From: Rhizaria sp. SCN 62-66
Lineage: Eukaryota
Direction: 5' to 3'
Length of the DNA: 37,616 bases
NCBI GenBank assembly: GCA_001724265.1
Contig: MEDY01000062.1
Location: 62,001 to 99,616, forward strand
Shown: piece by piece, positions 20,301-35,300 of the stretch
How the letters are laid out: every line of letters starts with the position of its first letter
Position numbering within the stretch: the first letter of the stretch is position 1
Translations under genes and position numbers: made by a program
Notes under the pieces: generated by a model
Database searches by the model: none
What the model saw: only the letters and a program-made list of their open reading frames with translations
What the model was told of the DNA's origin: nothing

Positions 20301-23300
20301 GATGGTGGGCGCGGGAGAGCAGCAAGCCACGCCTCTGGCGCAGCTGCTGGGATGTGAGTCGATCCGCGACGTTGAAGGCTATGCGACGTGGAAACTGCGA
20401 AACCTTCGGGAACGCTAGCTCCTGCCGCGGCCGCAGTCTTAGCAGCGTCAGCGCGAGCGGCATCAGCAGCTGCAAGTGCATCAGCAACCACAGCAGCCGA
20501 GGCAGCGGACGCTGCAGCGCGGGATGCTAGCAGGTCGCAGCGCACGCGGCACGATTGACGCAAGCCTGCATCTGCAACAGAGCGTTGCATTAACGCAAGT
20601 GCAGCAGAGTCAGCGCGCAGATGCGATGCGGCTGCCAAAGCGAGCCCCAGCGAAGACGATGCCGCGGCGCGCAGCGGGTTAAGTGTTCGACGAACTGCCA
20701 GAGAAGCAGTCATTGAACCCATCGCATCTGCCACTGTAACTGTCGCGGGAGAGGGCAACGGCTCACGTAGAGGAGACGGGAATAGAGGCCACAGCGTCGA
20801 TGTGCTTAAAGCAGCACCATCTAACTGTCCGTCATTCGGGCGTATTGAATTGCCACCAACAGGCAGCGCAGAGAGGCCACCGGGAGTCAAAAGAGCTACC
20901 TCTTCAATGCCGGCAGGCATCGGCCAATGGGTCGGAACATCCACTGACGACAAACCGTCTCGCCTGTTGCAGAGACCTTCCAGTGTTTCCGCAATCGTCG
21001 CGGCGGAGCTCAGCGAAGCCCACGGCCCCTGTCCGCGACGTCCCACGCCGATGTGCAGCCCAGCATCTTCATCCTTGCTTTCCTCCTCATCGCGGCGCGT
21101 TGCAGAGCTAATAACATCGACAGCAGCCAAGACACCTGAGTCGGATTCAACAGCACCAGCAGCAGCCTCAGCAAGGGACGCAGCAGCAAGATCCATGACA
21201 GCGACCAAGGCGTCGCGCTTGGCAAGGAGCAGCGATACTAGCACGCGCAGTGCGGAAAGAGGCAACCCGGGGACCTGTGCCGCAACAACCTGCATTGCGG
21301 CGGCACTCGAAGCCGCGGCCGCCGGCAGTGGAAGCTGTGGGCGGCCGCCATGCAGTAACCGTGAGCGGCCAGACGCGGTCTTGTTGGGAATTGCACCAGC
21401 GACGTAAGCAGCAGCGCCCCACTCATCACCAACACCTGCAAGATGGAACAGTGGCGATGCAGCTGAGTTGGATGTCACGGAAGCAGCTGCAGCAACCTCC
21501 TGTGTCGGAATGACAGATTCGCTGCAGAGTGCAGGTCCGCACAGGCCATCATCATTGGCAACATCAGACACGTGGTCACCGCTCGCTGTACCATCACGGA
21601 GCGCCTCGAGAAGTGCGGGGGCCGGTGGAGGAGGAAGCGGAAGCCCATCAAGCAGCAATGTAACAAGCGCAGCAGCCAAGCCGGGAACCTCACCCGCGCC
21701 CGCCAGCGTACCTGCAGCGGCCGTTGTCACCGTAGCACGACCGCTTAGCTGGTGAACGTGCCAGCGCGAGGGTCCGACAGCAGCAGAGGCAGCACACGGG
21801 TCCGCGAATAGAGGCGGCACTGCCGAGAGCGCGCCCCATCCACCGGCAACAAGAGCAGCCATTTGCGCCTTCAGGAGCGGACCAGTAACCGTGTTGGCAC
21901 AGACCACATTCCCAGCAGCGCGAGCGTGTGCAACAACAGTCTCAACAAGTGCACCCTGTGCCAACATTGCAAGCACGCGTGCCGGGTCGGAAGATGCAGC
22001 AGCGGTACCAAAAGCAGCAGATGCAGATACACCGGCAGCAAAACTCCCATTTGCAAGCCAACCCTGAGCTGTGCGCGTAAGCACGCGAACCGCCGCTGGA
22101 GCCGTCGTGGCGTTACCCGCGGAAGCAGCGCGCGCAACAGCGTGGGCGAGACCTAAGCAGTCGAGCAGTAAGGCTCGCGCCTGACAATCCAGCTTAAGTT
22201 TGGCGGGGTGAAGCGCGGAAGCACGCGGGTCGGACAAGAGCGAAAACAACGCAGACGGCGAGGGCAAGCAGTAGATAAACTGAAGAGGTTCAAGACCGTC
22301 GCTCTCGGGCTATTCACGATCCGCAAGATACGCAGCCACCTCTAACACAGTCGGCTCACCGCTCGCAATCACCACCGAAGCACTCCCGTCAGCGGTGTCA
22401 CTGGTTGACTATGAAGTAGCCGCAAGGACAATGCGGTCGCGATTCGGCAGAATAAGTTGTGACCACTGATCGCGAACGTGAGCAGGGAGTTGCGTAAGTA
22501 AGCCAGCGTCGCGAGTCCAACTACTGCTGTTATTCGTTGCGCGGCGACGACCTGCCCGGCCCACCGTATCAGACTCGGAGGTGCTAATCAAGCCAGCACT
22601 TGCTTGCGAAAGAAACAACGCAAACGGCACTGTCAGTAGTGGTGACGCAGGGCTCGCAGTGAGCGCAGCGGCAGAGCTCGCTGGCACCGCCATCGCGAGA
22701 CCACCGGTAGGCACAGACGGTATCGGTGGCTTGTTTGAGTTTGAATGAGATGATGGCAGCGCAAACGGAATGGTTGAGAAACCTGTCGCACTTGCAAAGG
22801 TACCTTTGTTCGCAGAACAATCCTCATCGCCAGAAGAAAACTCCTCATCAAACACGCTGCGGGGAGTTTCACCTGTGGCTGCAGCGGTAAGTGCAGCGAC
22901 AACGGGTACACCATCCCCGCGGAGTCCAAACTGCCGAAGTGTTGCGCGACGCTCACGGCCCAAGATGTGCACCGCAAACCAAGCGTCGCCCTCTGCCTCG
23001 TCATCCGCACCAATTGTCGCAGCGATGTTCGAATCTTTACCCGAGTGGCCGCGACGGCGACGGATGCTCGAAGAGCTAAGACCTGCTGCAGCAGCTGCTG
23101 CTGCAGAGGAGGCTGTGCGTGAGACATTCAAGTGAACACCAAACGATGCGTTAGCGAGCGCGCGCGCCGAAGCGGCGCAAAGACGAGATCCAACAACACC
23201 GGTCGGCGCAGCTTCGGCCGAAAGCAGTTGGCGGCGCGGAATCAGTTGCTGTGGCGTCAATGCATCAAGGAAAGGGGAATACGCGCCCAACACACCATGG

Positions 23301-26300
23301 TGGTAGTAGCGCAGGCGCGCAAGCAAAGACATCTGTTCGGCGACATAGGCTTGTGGAGTGAGTAATTGGAGCCCTGCGACAAGTAAGGCCTGAGCGGCAG
23401 TAAACCTCCCAATACGAAAGGCTGAGGACAGCGCAGCAGGATCCACCGAGACGTAGGGACACAGTGTGTGCGCCACAATATGGTCGATGTCGCGCGAGAA
23501 ATGCATAACTGAGCCAGGGAGCGCGGTGAGAGTCTCCTGGTCGGAGTCATCAGAGTCAGAGTCTGACGACTCACTTGCTGTATCATGCACATCACGCTCA
23601 TGGCGTCGGAGCATCAGTGTGTCAGCAATCAAAGCGGGTGGCAGAGTCTGGGACTGTCCCTGCAGAACGCCGGGCAGCGCTGACGAGCGCGACGCCGCCA
23701 GCAGCGGCAGCCGTAGCACGGGCAAAAACACGAACGTCGACGCCGATAGGTGGCCAGCTGAAAGCGGCACTGCAGCGGGTGGGGGCACCGGCCGGGGAGC
23801 AGAGGCAGCAAGGATCGCAAGACGCTCTGCAGTTCCGATGGGCTGTGCGCGCGTGGAACAGGGCAAGAATCCGGGATCACCTGGTAACATTGGCGCTGCA
23901 ACACACCACGGTACAGTGTTAATTCCGCCAGCTGCGGCAGCAGCGGCGGCCTCGCCGGTGCTGGCACCGGCGGTGGCTGCTGCAGCACCCGGCGGAAGCA
24001 ATGACGGGGGCGGAGGTGTGTAGACAATGGTACCTCCCGCAGTGGCACCAGGCAACGAATCAGTCGCGCCGGGAGCCGCAAGCGTACCGAGAGCGCTGCC
24101 AGAAGCACCCAGCGTAAAATTAGTCAGGACGGTCGACGAGTAATCAGCACGCGGGGCGCCGGGGCGGCCCAGAACCGCCGTGCTTGTCACAGTTGTGACG
24201 GTGATCGCGGTTGGCGGGTACAGACCCGCAGCAACAGACGAAACGCCATCAAGCCCGTTCACGGGCCATGCAAGTGCGGCTGCAGCAACAGTGGTGCTCA
24301 GACCGTTGCTGGTGCGCGCTGTCGGTGCGTTCGCACTCGCCGTGGACGCGATGAGCGAGGCAGCGCTAGGCAGAGGCAGCGCTGTATCAGTCGCATGGGC
24401 AAGAGCAACCAACGTTGCAGCGCTATCGGCAGAACGAACTGTACGCGCCGCAAGCATGGCAGCTGCAGTGCATAACGCGGGCCAAAGGGCAATACGTCCA
24501 GAGTCTGGAGGCTCTGATGCACGGGGCGCAGCAAACGCAGACAATGCTGACAATATGGATGTCGCAGGAACCAATGGGATGACAGGTGCAACGGGAGCGC
24601 GCGTTGAACCACGTGCGGTCGCAGCTGCAGGTGCTCGTGTGATAGAGTTACCCATGAGTTCTGCAGCAGAAATCTGCGGTGAAAGTGCAGCCCAATGTGC
24701 CGCTAACGCGGCAGACGCAGAGCCTGGCCAAGCAATATCGCATGCCGCCGTGCGCGCTGCTGTGACAGCAGCAAGCACAGCAGCATGACGCTCACTACGC
24801 GGCTGCGCCAATGGTGCATAACAAGAATGATGCCAGAGACGACGACGCAGCAACGTGCTGTAGAGTTCGTTATAAAACGCCGCCATCGTCGACGCGCGCC
24901 GTTCAAGTTGGGACAATGGTTGGTATGGCGGTTGCAATGCACCGTTCGAAGCTGTTGCAGAAGCGGCTAACGTCACCGCATCGGCAGCAGTGCGCGGCGG
25001 GCGATCGGCGGGTGCAGCGTTGGCTGGTGCAGTGCTGCTTGTTGACACTGTCGATGGCCGTGCCAACATCGAGGAACCAGAGATAGGAGCAAACGATTCG
25101 ACGCTTGTGGCTGTTGCCGCAGCAGTCGCCCCGCCTGAGGGAACAAGAGGTGGTCGTGCCTCAGCTGGAAGTGCTGCGTATGGCGGAACAGAGTGAATGC
25201 CAGAAAGCGCAGGCGCGGGCAACAAACGCGCGAGCCACTGAGCGGGAACAGGGGTGCTTCCTGCATGCGCGGCAGCGTTGTAGGCATCAAACGATGACTT
25301 GTTAGTGGTCGCCAATGATGTCACTCCTTTAGGCCCAACAGGCACATGAACCCGGGCGAGAAGCGCTGGAGGAAGTGAGCGAAGAAGTCGCACCCAGCAG
25401 AGAGTGTGCATCTCCATCACAGTCGTCGCGGCAGCAGTTCCGTTAAGCTGTGCATCAATGACGCGTTCAACTGCTGCCGCAAGTAGGGCCATCGGGTCAA
25501 CACCGGAGCCGTCGCCGACAGCCACTCGCAACGCAGGAGGATGCATCAGTCCGAGCGAGCGCGCGTACGTCTCAGACGCAGACACAAACACGTCAGCGCC
25601 GGCGGTAGCACCGCCCATCGATGAGGAAACAGACGCGGACGCTGTGATAGGACCCATTCCCTTTGCATCAGCAGCAGCGCTGGAAGAGAGCATCGCTGAG
25701 GTCGCCAACGATGCAACAGCCGCTGGCGACGTCAGTTGTGCTGACAGTGTCGCAGCAGTGCTCATAGTTGACGCTGATGCGCTCGTAGCACCACCCTCAG
25801 CAGCAGTAGTCAATGTACTCAATGGCGTCGGGTAGCCGATACCGTGGCCGTAACCGTTAGAAACGGGAGCCACAGTGCCGTATGTCTGGCCCACGGGAGG
25901 CGCGTTAATGAGCGCTTCGTGGAGTCGCACCGCGATGTTAAGCGAAGCGTTCTGGGCAACCTGAGCAGCAAGCACAGTGTGTGCTGCGGAAAACCACAGC
26001 TGCAGCGCCTCACGCGCATCTGCACGAGCTTCCTGGCGGAGGCGCGCAGCGTCTAGTTGCTGTCGTGCATATGCTGACTCGACGGCCAGAACCTCTGGAC
26101 TTGCACTATCTGATGCGAGACCTTGTGTTGAAGAAAGCAAAGGCACGGGTGTGGAAGACGATCCCGAGCCTAAGGCAACACCAAGAGAAGCAGTTGAGCT
26201 GTTGACGGTGTGCGGGGAGCTCTGCCAAATGCCTGAGCTAGTATTGGACCCAAAGACACCGACAGGGCGGACATGAGAGCCATGAGCACGCGTTGAGTGA

Positions 26301-29300
26301 GGAGTGTTGAGTCCACCCAAAGCACCCGAGACGCTGTCGCCAAAACTCGTCCCTTCGCTCACATCGACGTTCAGCGGCGTCATCGCAGCACGCCGCACGA
26401 CACCGTCGCCACCAACCAGCTGCATTTGCAGCGAGCCAATGCTGTGTGCGGGTGACGGGTGCGCTAACGCCATCGCATCTGCTGTATCAAAGCGCAGTAG
26501 CGGTGATTCTTCGGGGAGCGAAAGCCCAGACCCACCGGGCCGCGGCGCTTCGTCTCCGGTGGCAAGACCAAACGTGAACGCAGTCCCACGAGGACGCGCA
26601 GCGGTGGGCGTCGTAATACCATCGAGCCTCTGGCGACTGAAAAAAGCCATATCACGGGTGTCAGCGCCGATTGAGAAAAGTGACACACCCTGACCAGAGG
26701 CATTTGTCGCCGATGTGGGTGCAGCCCGCGGTGTGCGGAAATTAGACAGCAGTTGCTTCTTCGCTGCAGTGTCTGGATTATTATGAGTGGGCGTAACGCC
26801 GACTTGAGGGGTAGTGATATCGTTCTCAAGCTCATCAAATGCATCAGAACCCATTGCCGTCGCGAAAGCGGCAGGGTAATTCGCAGCAAGCTTGAACGGC
26901 AGCGACTGTGGCATGGTAGCCGCGGTCGCAGCCGCAGCGCATGTTAACAGCCGGATGGCGAGAAGACCCCCACGAGCGCTATCAGGTGCGGGCAAAAACG
27001 CGCGCGCCGTGGAGCTCGTCCCTAAACACCTCTTTTTAGAGACCCAGCCAAGAGAGCTAGCCATCGTAGAAGCCGGGTGCATCGGGGCATCCGAAAGGAA
27101 AACGGTTGCGTCAAGGAGCGCACCGGTGCGAACCAAAGGCCGCGCGAGATCGTATTGAAGGACATCTTCGTCTCCACTAGCATCGCCTTCCTTGTTATCA
27201 CAATTAACGCCGTTGTTGCGTCCGTCAAAACTTGGGAGTGAATTCGAGATATCTGAATCCGAATCCGATCCTGAACTGACGAGCCCGCTTGCCGGGCCAC
27301 TGGCAGCGTTGGATGCGCTGCTGCTCGAGTGTGCGCGGCGGCGCGTGCGGAGCGCAACTCGCGTGAGATCCCTCCGTGCAGTGTCGAGGCGCAGCACGGA
27401 ATCCACCTGAGCCAGCTGCCACAGAGAGCACGGCAGCAGCTCTTGCATCTCGGCCACAGCAAGCAAATACGGCAGGCGCGACACAGCCGGGCGCTCCCAC
27501 GGCGCAGAAGGAGAGGGGCACAGGGCCGCAACGGCTGCAGAGTCTGGCAGTATCAGCACACGCGGTGCAGGGAACAGATGGCTCTCGCTCATCGCCCCGG
27601 CTGAGTCTGTGACAGAGAGGGGAGCATGTGCGCGCGCAGCAGACAATGCGGTAACCCACGGCCAATGCGAACGGGCGTGCGCAGCATTGCCCTGGCCTGG
27701 AGCCACGGTGACAACGCCACTACGAAGACCACCGCCAGCAAGCAGAATCTCGCCAGCGCGCTCACCAAGCAGCATTGCACGGAGTGCAGCTGTTAACGCA
27801 AGCGCGTCCGTAGCGTTCGCAGGCATCGACAAGTGCGCACGGGCTCGTGGTGAGCAGATAAAAGGCGTTAAGTGCCGTAACACACCGGCGCGAAAGCGCG
27901 GCATATACAGGCCGTTGCTGGCATTGTTGCGCAGAACGCGTGCCGGGGAAATGGGTGAACGAAGACGCTGAGGGGCAGGCAGCGACAGGTGGCTGCCCGG
28001 CGAAAACGCAAGTCTAGCGCTAGGCACAATCCCAGAAGAGGTCGTAGAACTAATCGCGGCCGCAGCTGTTGCGTCGTTAGCATCACCATCAGTCGTCACA
28101 GTGACCGGGGTCGGCGTCGTCATCGTTGAAGTCGCACGCGGTGCAATGGCACCTTCAGCAGACTCGGCGCGCGCGAGCCACAGCGGGTCGACAAACCAAG
28201 AAGGTAGAACTGTGGGCACGTCAGTGGGCAGACCCGCGCGCGCGGCCTGAGTGCGATACGCGTCCTCAAGCACCCAGTTGTCAAACACAGCGAGGAGAAG
28301 ATCATCGCGCAGCTGTACGGCCGACAGAACCGACGCAGCAGTAAGCGCGCGGTCGGCAAGGGTCTCGCGGCGGTACAGAGCCGAAGCGACGCTGGCCGCG
28401 GGCGTCGAGTCGTAGAGCGCGTCAGCTGCCCACGCCCAGGAGGGACCCAGACCAGACCGCTGTGATGCGCCCATAAGCAGCCGCGCACGCGACGGCAGTG
28501 AGCGCCGGTCGCGAGCATGCGCATGAGGCACGGAGTGCGGCAACCGGTGCTTCGGGGCGAGCAATGCATCGGCTGCCGCGGAGGGCTGCGTCAGCGTCGG
28601 CGACACTGCCATAGAGAGCAGGAAGCGGATGTGCGAGCCACTCAGCAGCGAGTGCGCCACCGAGACGGCGCGCGCCGCGGTAACGCCAGCGCGAGCCCCT
28701 TGCTCGGAGGGCATAGGCGCTGCAAGCGACGGGTGGCGTCTCAGAAGTGCCTCGCGCTGGGCAAGATCGGAGAGCGCGGTGAAAGAGAGCTCACCAAAAG
28801 TAGGCAGCCGAACGCGCGCAGCGGCAGTGTGCATCGACAATGGGGACGCCAGGCAAGCGAGCAAAAGCGAAGCGCGCTGCCCATCAGCTAACGAGCGCAG
28901 CGCAGCATCTCCGCTGCCACCAGTGTAGTAAGGAACGGCGACAGTTGAAGATGACGCAGACTCGATTGCGCTGTTCACAGCAGAACTATTGGCGGAAGCC
29001 GCGCTTGGAGCGGCAGGCGCAGGCGGAGCACCAGGACACGTGATAATAAACGAAACGGGGTCGGGTGTGTGTTTGGATCCTTTAAGGGCCACGGACTTTG
29101 TGTTGTTCGTAGCAACTTTTGAGTCTCCGCCGCGGCCGTCGTTGTCAGGCAGCCCAAGTGGCTCGCGTAACGGCGGGAGTGCATGGGAGTCGAGTGCAAG
29201 TCCCTGAAGACGTACAACCATGTCCTCAGAGGCATGGTGCTCGGCCTGCAAGCGCAGCTGCAGCAGTGCGGCACGCGCAACACACAGCGCGTCCCACGCT

Positions 29301-32300
29301 GGCTCTGACCCGTAAGCAAGAGTGGAGCGGACAGGACCCGACGTGTTGGCGGACAGCACAGCGGGGCCAGTCGGTGCGTGGGGCGTCGCCGCTGCGTTAG
29401 GACGCGCACCTGAGGATGACGCGACGGGCGCGTTGCTCGTCTGCACACTCGCCATCATAAGCGATTGGCGGCGAGCAAATGCCGGCACCGCATTACGCAG
29501 GGACTCATCGATGACGGCATCTGCGGCGGCGTCGAGCGAAAGCAACACCGTCAATGACGGGAACACTTCGAGCAGTCCCGTGCGCACGCGCCGCCACGCA
29601 GGAACACAGTCGCCGTAAAGAGATGTGTAGCCGCGCAGGGGGACACCCGATTGAACATGCGTCAATACAGTTGCGTTCTGCGCATCAGAAACACGCAACG
29701 ACGACGACAATGTGACTGTGGGCACGCTTGTGTCAAGGTTCAGCTCAGCAGAGAAGCCAGCATCACCGTGTAGCTGCGCGCCGTCATCCGACCGGTGCTG
29801 CATCGGCGTCAGTGCGGCCGGCATTGGGAGCGTTTTAAGGCAGTCCAGTAATGGGTCGCGAGCGCGAGTGTCATCGGCAGGTTGCGGAAGTTGCGGCACG
29901 GCGGGCAACACGCGTGAATTACGCGCGCGCCGGCGGCTACGTGCAATCCGGTCCTTCAAGCCCTTGTTGACGCGCCGTTGGGGTTCATCGCCATCGTCGT
30001 CACCATCATCGCCGTCGCCACCAGGCGTCCCGCGCTCGGGCGAGAACGGAATCGTAAGCCGCACGCGGCCAATAAGGCCGTCTGTGGGCGAAGATCCTGG
30101 ATCGCCTTGAGGCAAGGTGTCCTCCTCGCGCTCCGGCAGAACCTGCAGACGAGAGGCAGTCGCAGCCAGACTAATACTGCCACCCCTGCGGTGGACCGCT
30201 CTTGCGGGAGGTGCGTGGTTTGCATTGATAGCACCGTCATCACGCACCAGAGAGCTGGAGCTGGGGCGCGCGACAAGTGATCCTGAATTAGGGGCAGGCA
30301 GATCAACAGGCGAAGTTCCAGGCCGTGTGCTACTGGCAGTCGACGCGCGCGGCCGCCGGAGGGTGCCCGACACAGATCCCGCGCCCGAAGCGGCGCCACT
30401 CTCGTTATCAGAGCCAGCGTCATCGCCGTCCGAACTGGCAGCAGAGGACGGGGAGCAGGGCTCCAGGTCGAGCGCGTCCTCAGGGATCGTGTGCGCAAAC
30501 ACGCGCCAGTCGTCCTCGGGCACGGCCATTTCGCGCGCCTGACTGCGCTCGCGCAGAAGCTGCGCTGCGTACCAGTGCTGCAGGAGCGCGCCGCGGGAGC
30601 GCAGGGCTTCGGTGTGCGCCGCGTAGTGGTGCGTGAAGTACCGGAACGGGCGCGCTGTGCTGCCGGAGAACGCCGGCCCGCCAGGGGCATTCACCGCTGC
30701 CACTGATGCTGTGGCAGAGGGCGCGGCGGTGGACGCTACGGCAGCCGCCGTAATGGCAACAAGGGGGTGCGAAGGAGGCGCTGAAAGAGGCGCGAAGTTG
30801 CCTTGTTCAGTCAACATGCGCAAGGGAGCCAAGCGCAAGGGCGCATGCGGCAACGCGTGTGAGACAGCAAAAAGAGGTGACTGCGCCAGCAGCAGTTGCA
30901 GTGCAGACTGTGACCACAGCGGCGATGCAGATAGCGCGGCGGCCACAGCCGGCGCGGAGCGAGCAGACCGTGTAGTGCGGGGTGGCGACGCGGTCGCGGT
31001 GGTCTCACTTGCGGCCGCGGGCGGTGCGGGGGAGACTGCATAGCGCGAGAGCAAGGCGGCGGGGTCAGCGTCGATCTCGGGCCGCGCGGACATGACAGCG
31101 ATAATCTTGGCCGCGACAGCGCGCTGTGCACCAGGCACGATGGCGTGCTCATAAACAGCGAGCCACATGTGCACCAGCGACGCCTTAGCGCGCGTGAACG
31201 CGTACTCAGCCTCAAATAGGTCTACGATGATGGCCCAGCGGTCGAGCAAGTCGGCGTTGACAGCAGCCAAATGCGCACGCGTCTGGTAAGAGCCGAGACG
31301 GATGAGCTGCGTCTCAAGCAGAGCAAGGTCGGCCAGCGCTGCAGTGTACATGATCGCAGCACCGTTTGCGTCAATCACGCCGAGACAAGCGTGCGAGAAG
31401 GCGTCGACGTCGGCTGTGGCACCGGGAACAGCGCCCTGTGAAAGCGATACCGCAGCGGGATGCGCGTCCTCCTCAGCCTCGCCCTCGCCCTCGGTGCCGG
31501 GCAGCCAGGTGTACGAGTCGTGCTGGGCCTCGACACCGCCAAACGCCATGAACGCATGTGCGTCGCGCTCGCACGAATCAGGCGTCACGGCCGCAGCGGA
31601 GACGGCAGAGCCGGAGACGCTGCCAACCCCGCCCGTGCCCTCGCTCGCGCCCTCGCCAGACGCCGCAGCGAGCGCGGCCACAACGCGCGCGGCAATCTCA
31701 TCACTCTCACTGCCGCTAGCGGTGGTAAAGGCGGCGCTAGACGGCGTCGCAGAGGCAACCGTGGCGCCACCCGCGCCCGACGCGCCCCATGCTGCACATA
31801 GCGCGCTGCGTGCGGCACCGGCGCCGGAAGAAACAACGTCAACACGCGCGCCCGCGGTGGGCGGCCCGCGCTCCGTGGCGTCGATTGCGACGGCGGACTG
31901 GAAAGCAGGCACGAGTGGCGGGAGCCCGGGCCGGCGCGCGCGCGCACCGTCAGCGGCCGCGGAGGGCGCCGCGGGCGTGCGCTGCGTGGCGGCGTCGAAC
32001 GGAGTCGCAGCAACACGGCCTGGTGCGCGCAGCGTGTATCCAGGCGCAAACTGACCGGGGTCTTCGCGTGGGAAACCGTAATCGTCGAGAGTGAGCCGAC
32101 GCTCAACTGAGCGGAAGAAGTTGAGCAGGTGCAGTAAACGCAGCCGCAACGTGCGCGCGCGCAGCACGCGGAGCTGCAGCAGCGTGGCCACTTCGTGCGG
32201 CTGCGGCGCGCCGTCAAGCAGCGCGGGCAGCAGCGCGGCCAGCGCGGGTGGTGGCGCAGGGAGCGCAGCAGACGCAAATGCACTGGGCGCAGAGGCCACG

Positions 32301-35300
32301 GCAGGCGCGCCGCTGCCGAGCCCGACGTTGGAGCTGGCGGGCGTGCCCGAGGCTGGCTCCGTGCCGGTCGACGCCGCAGAGCCCGTGGTGCCAGCGCCGG
32401 TGGTAGCAGCCGGCGCTGTTGCAGCCAGGACCGACAGCGGCGTGCCGTGCGAAGACAGCGTCGCCAGCAGCGAATCCGACACCGGCGGCAGGCCCGCAGT
32501 GCTGGCGTCCTTGCGGGCGGCGCCTCCCGCAGAAGCAGCTGCAGCAGCAACTGCCGAGGCCGCTGCGGCGTGCCCGCCACGCATCGCTATGACGGCCTAT
32601 TCGCCAGCAGCGGCGCGGAGATACATCTCAGCCGACGCCGTCGCGTGCGCCGCAGCGGTCGCCACATAACCGCCAGCCGCAGCGGCGACGCGCGCGGTCA
32701 CGGTCGCGGCGTCGGGCGCGGACAGCAGCGCCCATTCAGCGCGCAGAAGCGGGTCCAGCGGCGTCGCGGCGACAGCGGCCCACGCGGCGGCCACGCGCGG
32801 CGGCTGGCGCGGGGCCGGGAAGCGCACGTACGGGACCCACAGCGACGGCCGCAGCACGGCGCGGCGCACGGCGAGCGGCGAGGACGTGGCGCCCTCGGTT
32901 GATGCGGCAGTGGCACTGCTGCTGCTGGCGTCTGCGGTGGCCGCGTCGGCGACGACGCCCGCCGCGCCCGCAATCGCGGCGGCGGCTTCAGCGGCTGCGA
33001 CGAGCCCAGTGTCGACGAGCAGCGTGCCCTGCGCGCGGAATGCCGCGGTGAAGCGCAGCGCGACGTGGCGCGCAAGAGGGTGACCCTGTTCGTAGCGCAC
33101 CGCGGTCGGCACGCGCACGCCACGCAGGCGGCACAGCGCGCGCAGATGCTCTGCAGCCGACAGCGGGAGCAGCGGCGCTGACGCGGAAAGCGGGGCCGCG
33201 CAGCCCGTGCCGATGCGCAGCGGCAGCGAGAGCAGCCGCAGCAGGTGCAGATACTCGGCGTCAGCCAGCGGCACGTGCGGCGGCAGCGGCGGGAGAAACA
33301 GCGCGTCGGGCTCAGGCCGCGCGGCCGTGACGGCAACGATCGGCGCACCCAGGCCTAGTGCGGCAGCAGTATCGCCCAGAGGCGGCCAGGCCGCGTCAGT
33401 CACGGCCCGCAGCGCGCCGCCCGACAGCGCGGGCGCGAGCGACTCGAGCGCGAGCAGGAACGCGTGGGTACGCGTGACCCACTGCCCGTGCGCGTGTGCC
33501 GCGCCCCGCGCGCCGGTGGCGGCGGGCTGCGGCAGCGGAAACGCCGAGGGTGCGTGCTGGCTCACGGGCGCGGGCACCGCAACCACAGCCGAGCCAGTGT
33601 GGCTCGCGGTGCCAGCGGCGGCGGCGTGGGCGTGGAGGCCGCGGGGCGTGGCGGGCGGGGCGATGAGGCCGAGCCACTGCCACCACGACTGCCAGCGCGG
33701 GGCCGCGTTGCTTTGCGCGAGAGCGTGTACGATCGCCGCGGGAGATCCGCCACCCGTACCGGTGCTTAGCGCGTCGCCGCCGCTGAGCGCGCGCGAGGCC
33801 GCGAAGAAAACCCCAGGGATCGTGGCCCCGGGAGCGCCGGCCCCACGGCGCAGTGCCTCGGCGTAGCCCCAAATGCGGTCACCCAGCAGCAGCGGCACGG
33901 CGCGCAGACGCTGCAGCAGCGTGCGCGTGGGCAGCGTGGCGTTGAGCTCGGGGATCCACCAGCGCAGGAAGAGTGTGATATCAGATGGCATGAACTGCAG
34001 CGACAGATCGCCCGCGCGCTTCGCACCGCCCGCAGCGGCGGCGGTCGGCGCGCGCACCATCGTGGGCGCAGCGGGGCCCTGCTGCGGGCGCGCGTCGCCC
34101 TTGTGCTCGTCGCCCGTCGAGTTGTTATTGCTGCGCGCGTTCTGTTGCTTTGAGGCGCGCGCAAAGAGGATCGACCCCGCGGCCGCCGCGGCCGCTGAGC
34201 CCGCCACGCTGCCCCGGCGACCGCCCCCGGGCTTGCGGCGAGCGCCCGCGTCAGTTGCAGAGGTTTCGTCGCCGGAGTCGGGCCGCACGCGCGCCGGCGC
34301 GTCGTCGTCCGCGTCAGAGTCGGAGCCGGCGTCGCCAAGCCCGTCGCCGCCGCTGCCGCTGCCGCAGCCGAAGTCGCCCTCGGTGTCATCATCGCCAGCG
34401 CTGCCAGCGGCGGGACCGCCCTCGCGCAGCACGGGCTCAGGCGCCGAGTAGCGGTCACGGTAAGGTCCGAGCACGTCCTCTTGCAGCGCACTCGTCTCAT
34501 GTGGGGCCGTGAACATCGCGCACAGACCCACAGTGATGTCACCCAGAGATAAATCGCCAGACCGCGCGCTCGCTAGCCTCGACGAGGAACCAGAGCCAGC
34601 GCCAGCGCTGCCGCTCGGACCCGTGCTCGCGCCCGCGCCCACCGTGGAAATGGGACGGCCCCCGCTCGTGCTAGCGGGCTGCGACGGCGCAACGCCGATG
34701 AGTTCAGCGGGGATGCCGCGCGGGAAAAGCCGTGCAACGCGTTCGCGTACGTCGAGATAGTCGCGCTCCACGGCGCGCACTGTGAGCGCGAAACGGCGCA
34801 TAAGGCGGTCCAGCGACGGCGCTGCGTGGCCCCGCGGGCGGCCGCTCGCGCTCGTGCTGTTGCGTGGCAGCGCAGAGGAGACATACGCGGCGGGGACTGA
34901 GGCGGAGGCAGTGGCGGCGGGGGGACGGTGAGAAGCCGCATGCGGGGGTGGCACCGCAGGGCCATATGCACTCGCCGTCGCAGCAGCTACAGTAAACCCC
35001 GGCTTGGTCGCACTGCTCGCCGCGCTGTGGGCAAGGCCTGAAGGCGTCGTGTGCGAGGTGTATCGCGGGAGAGCGGCCGCGATGGTCTCGGCGAGCACGA
35101 TATCACCGCGCGCGACGGCTTGCCGCAGCAGCGACCAGCGGCGGCACAGCCTCGCCTTGAGCAGGACCAGCGCAAGCATGTGAGAGAGCATAAACCGCGC
35201 AATCGTCACGGCGTGCGCGGCGAGCGTGTTGGCGGGCGTCTGCACCAGCCGCAGCTGCTGCGCGGCGGCGTCGGTGGGGAACCAGCTACCCGCCGCAGAG

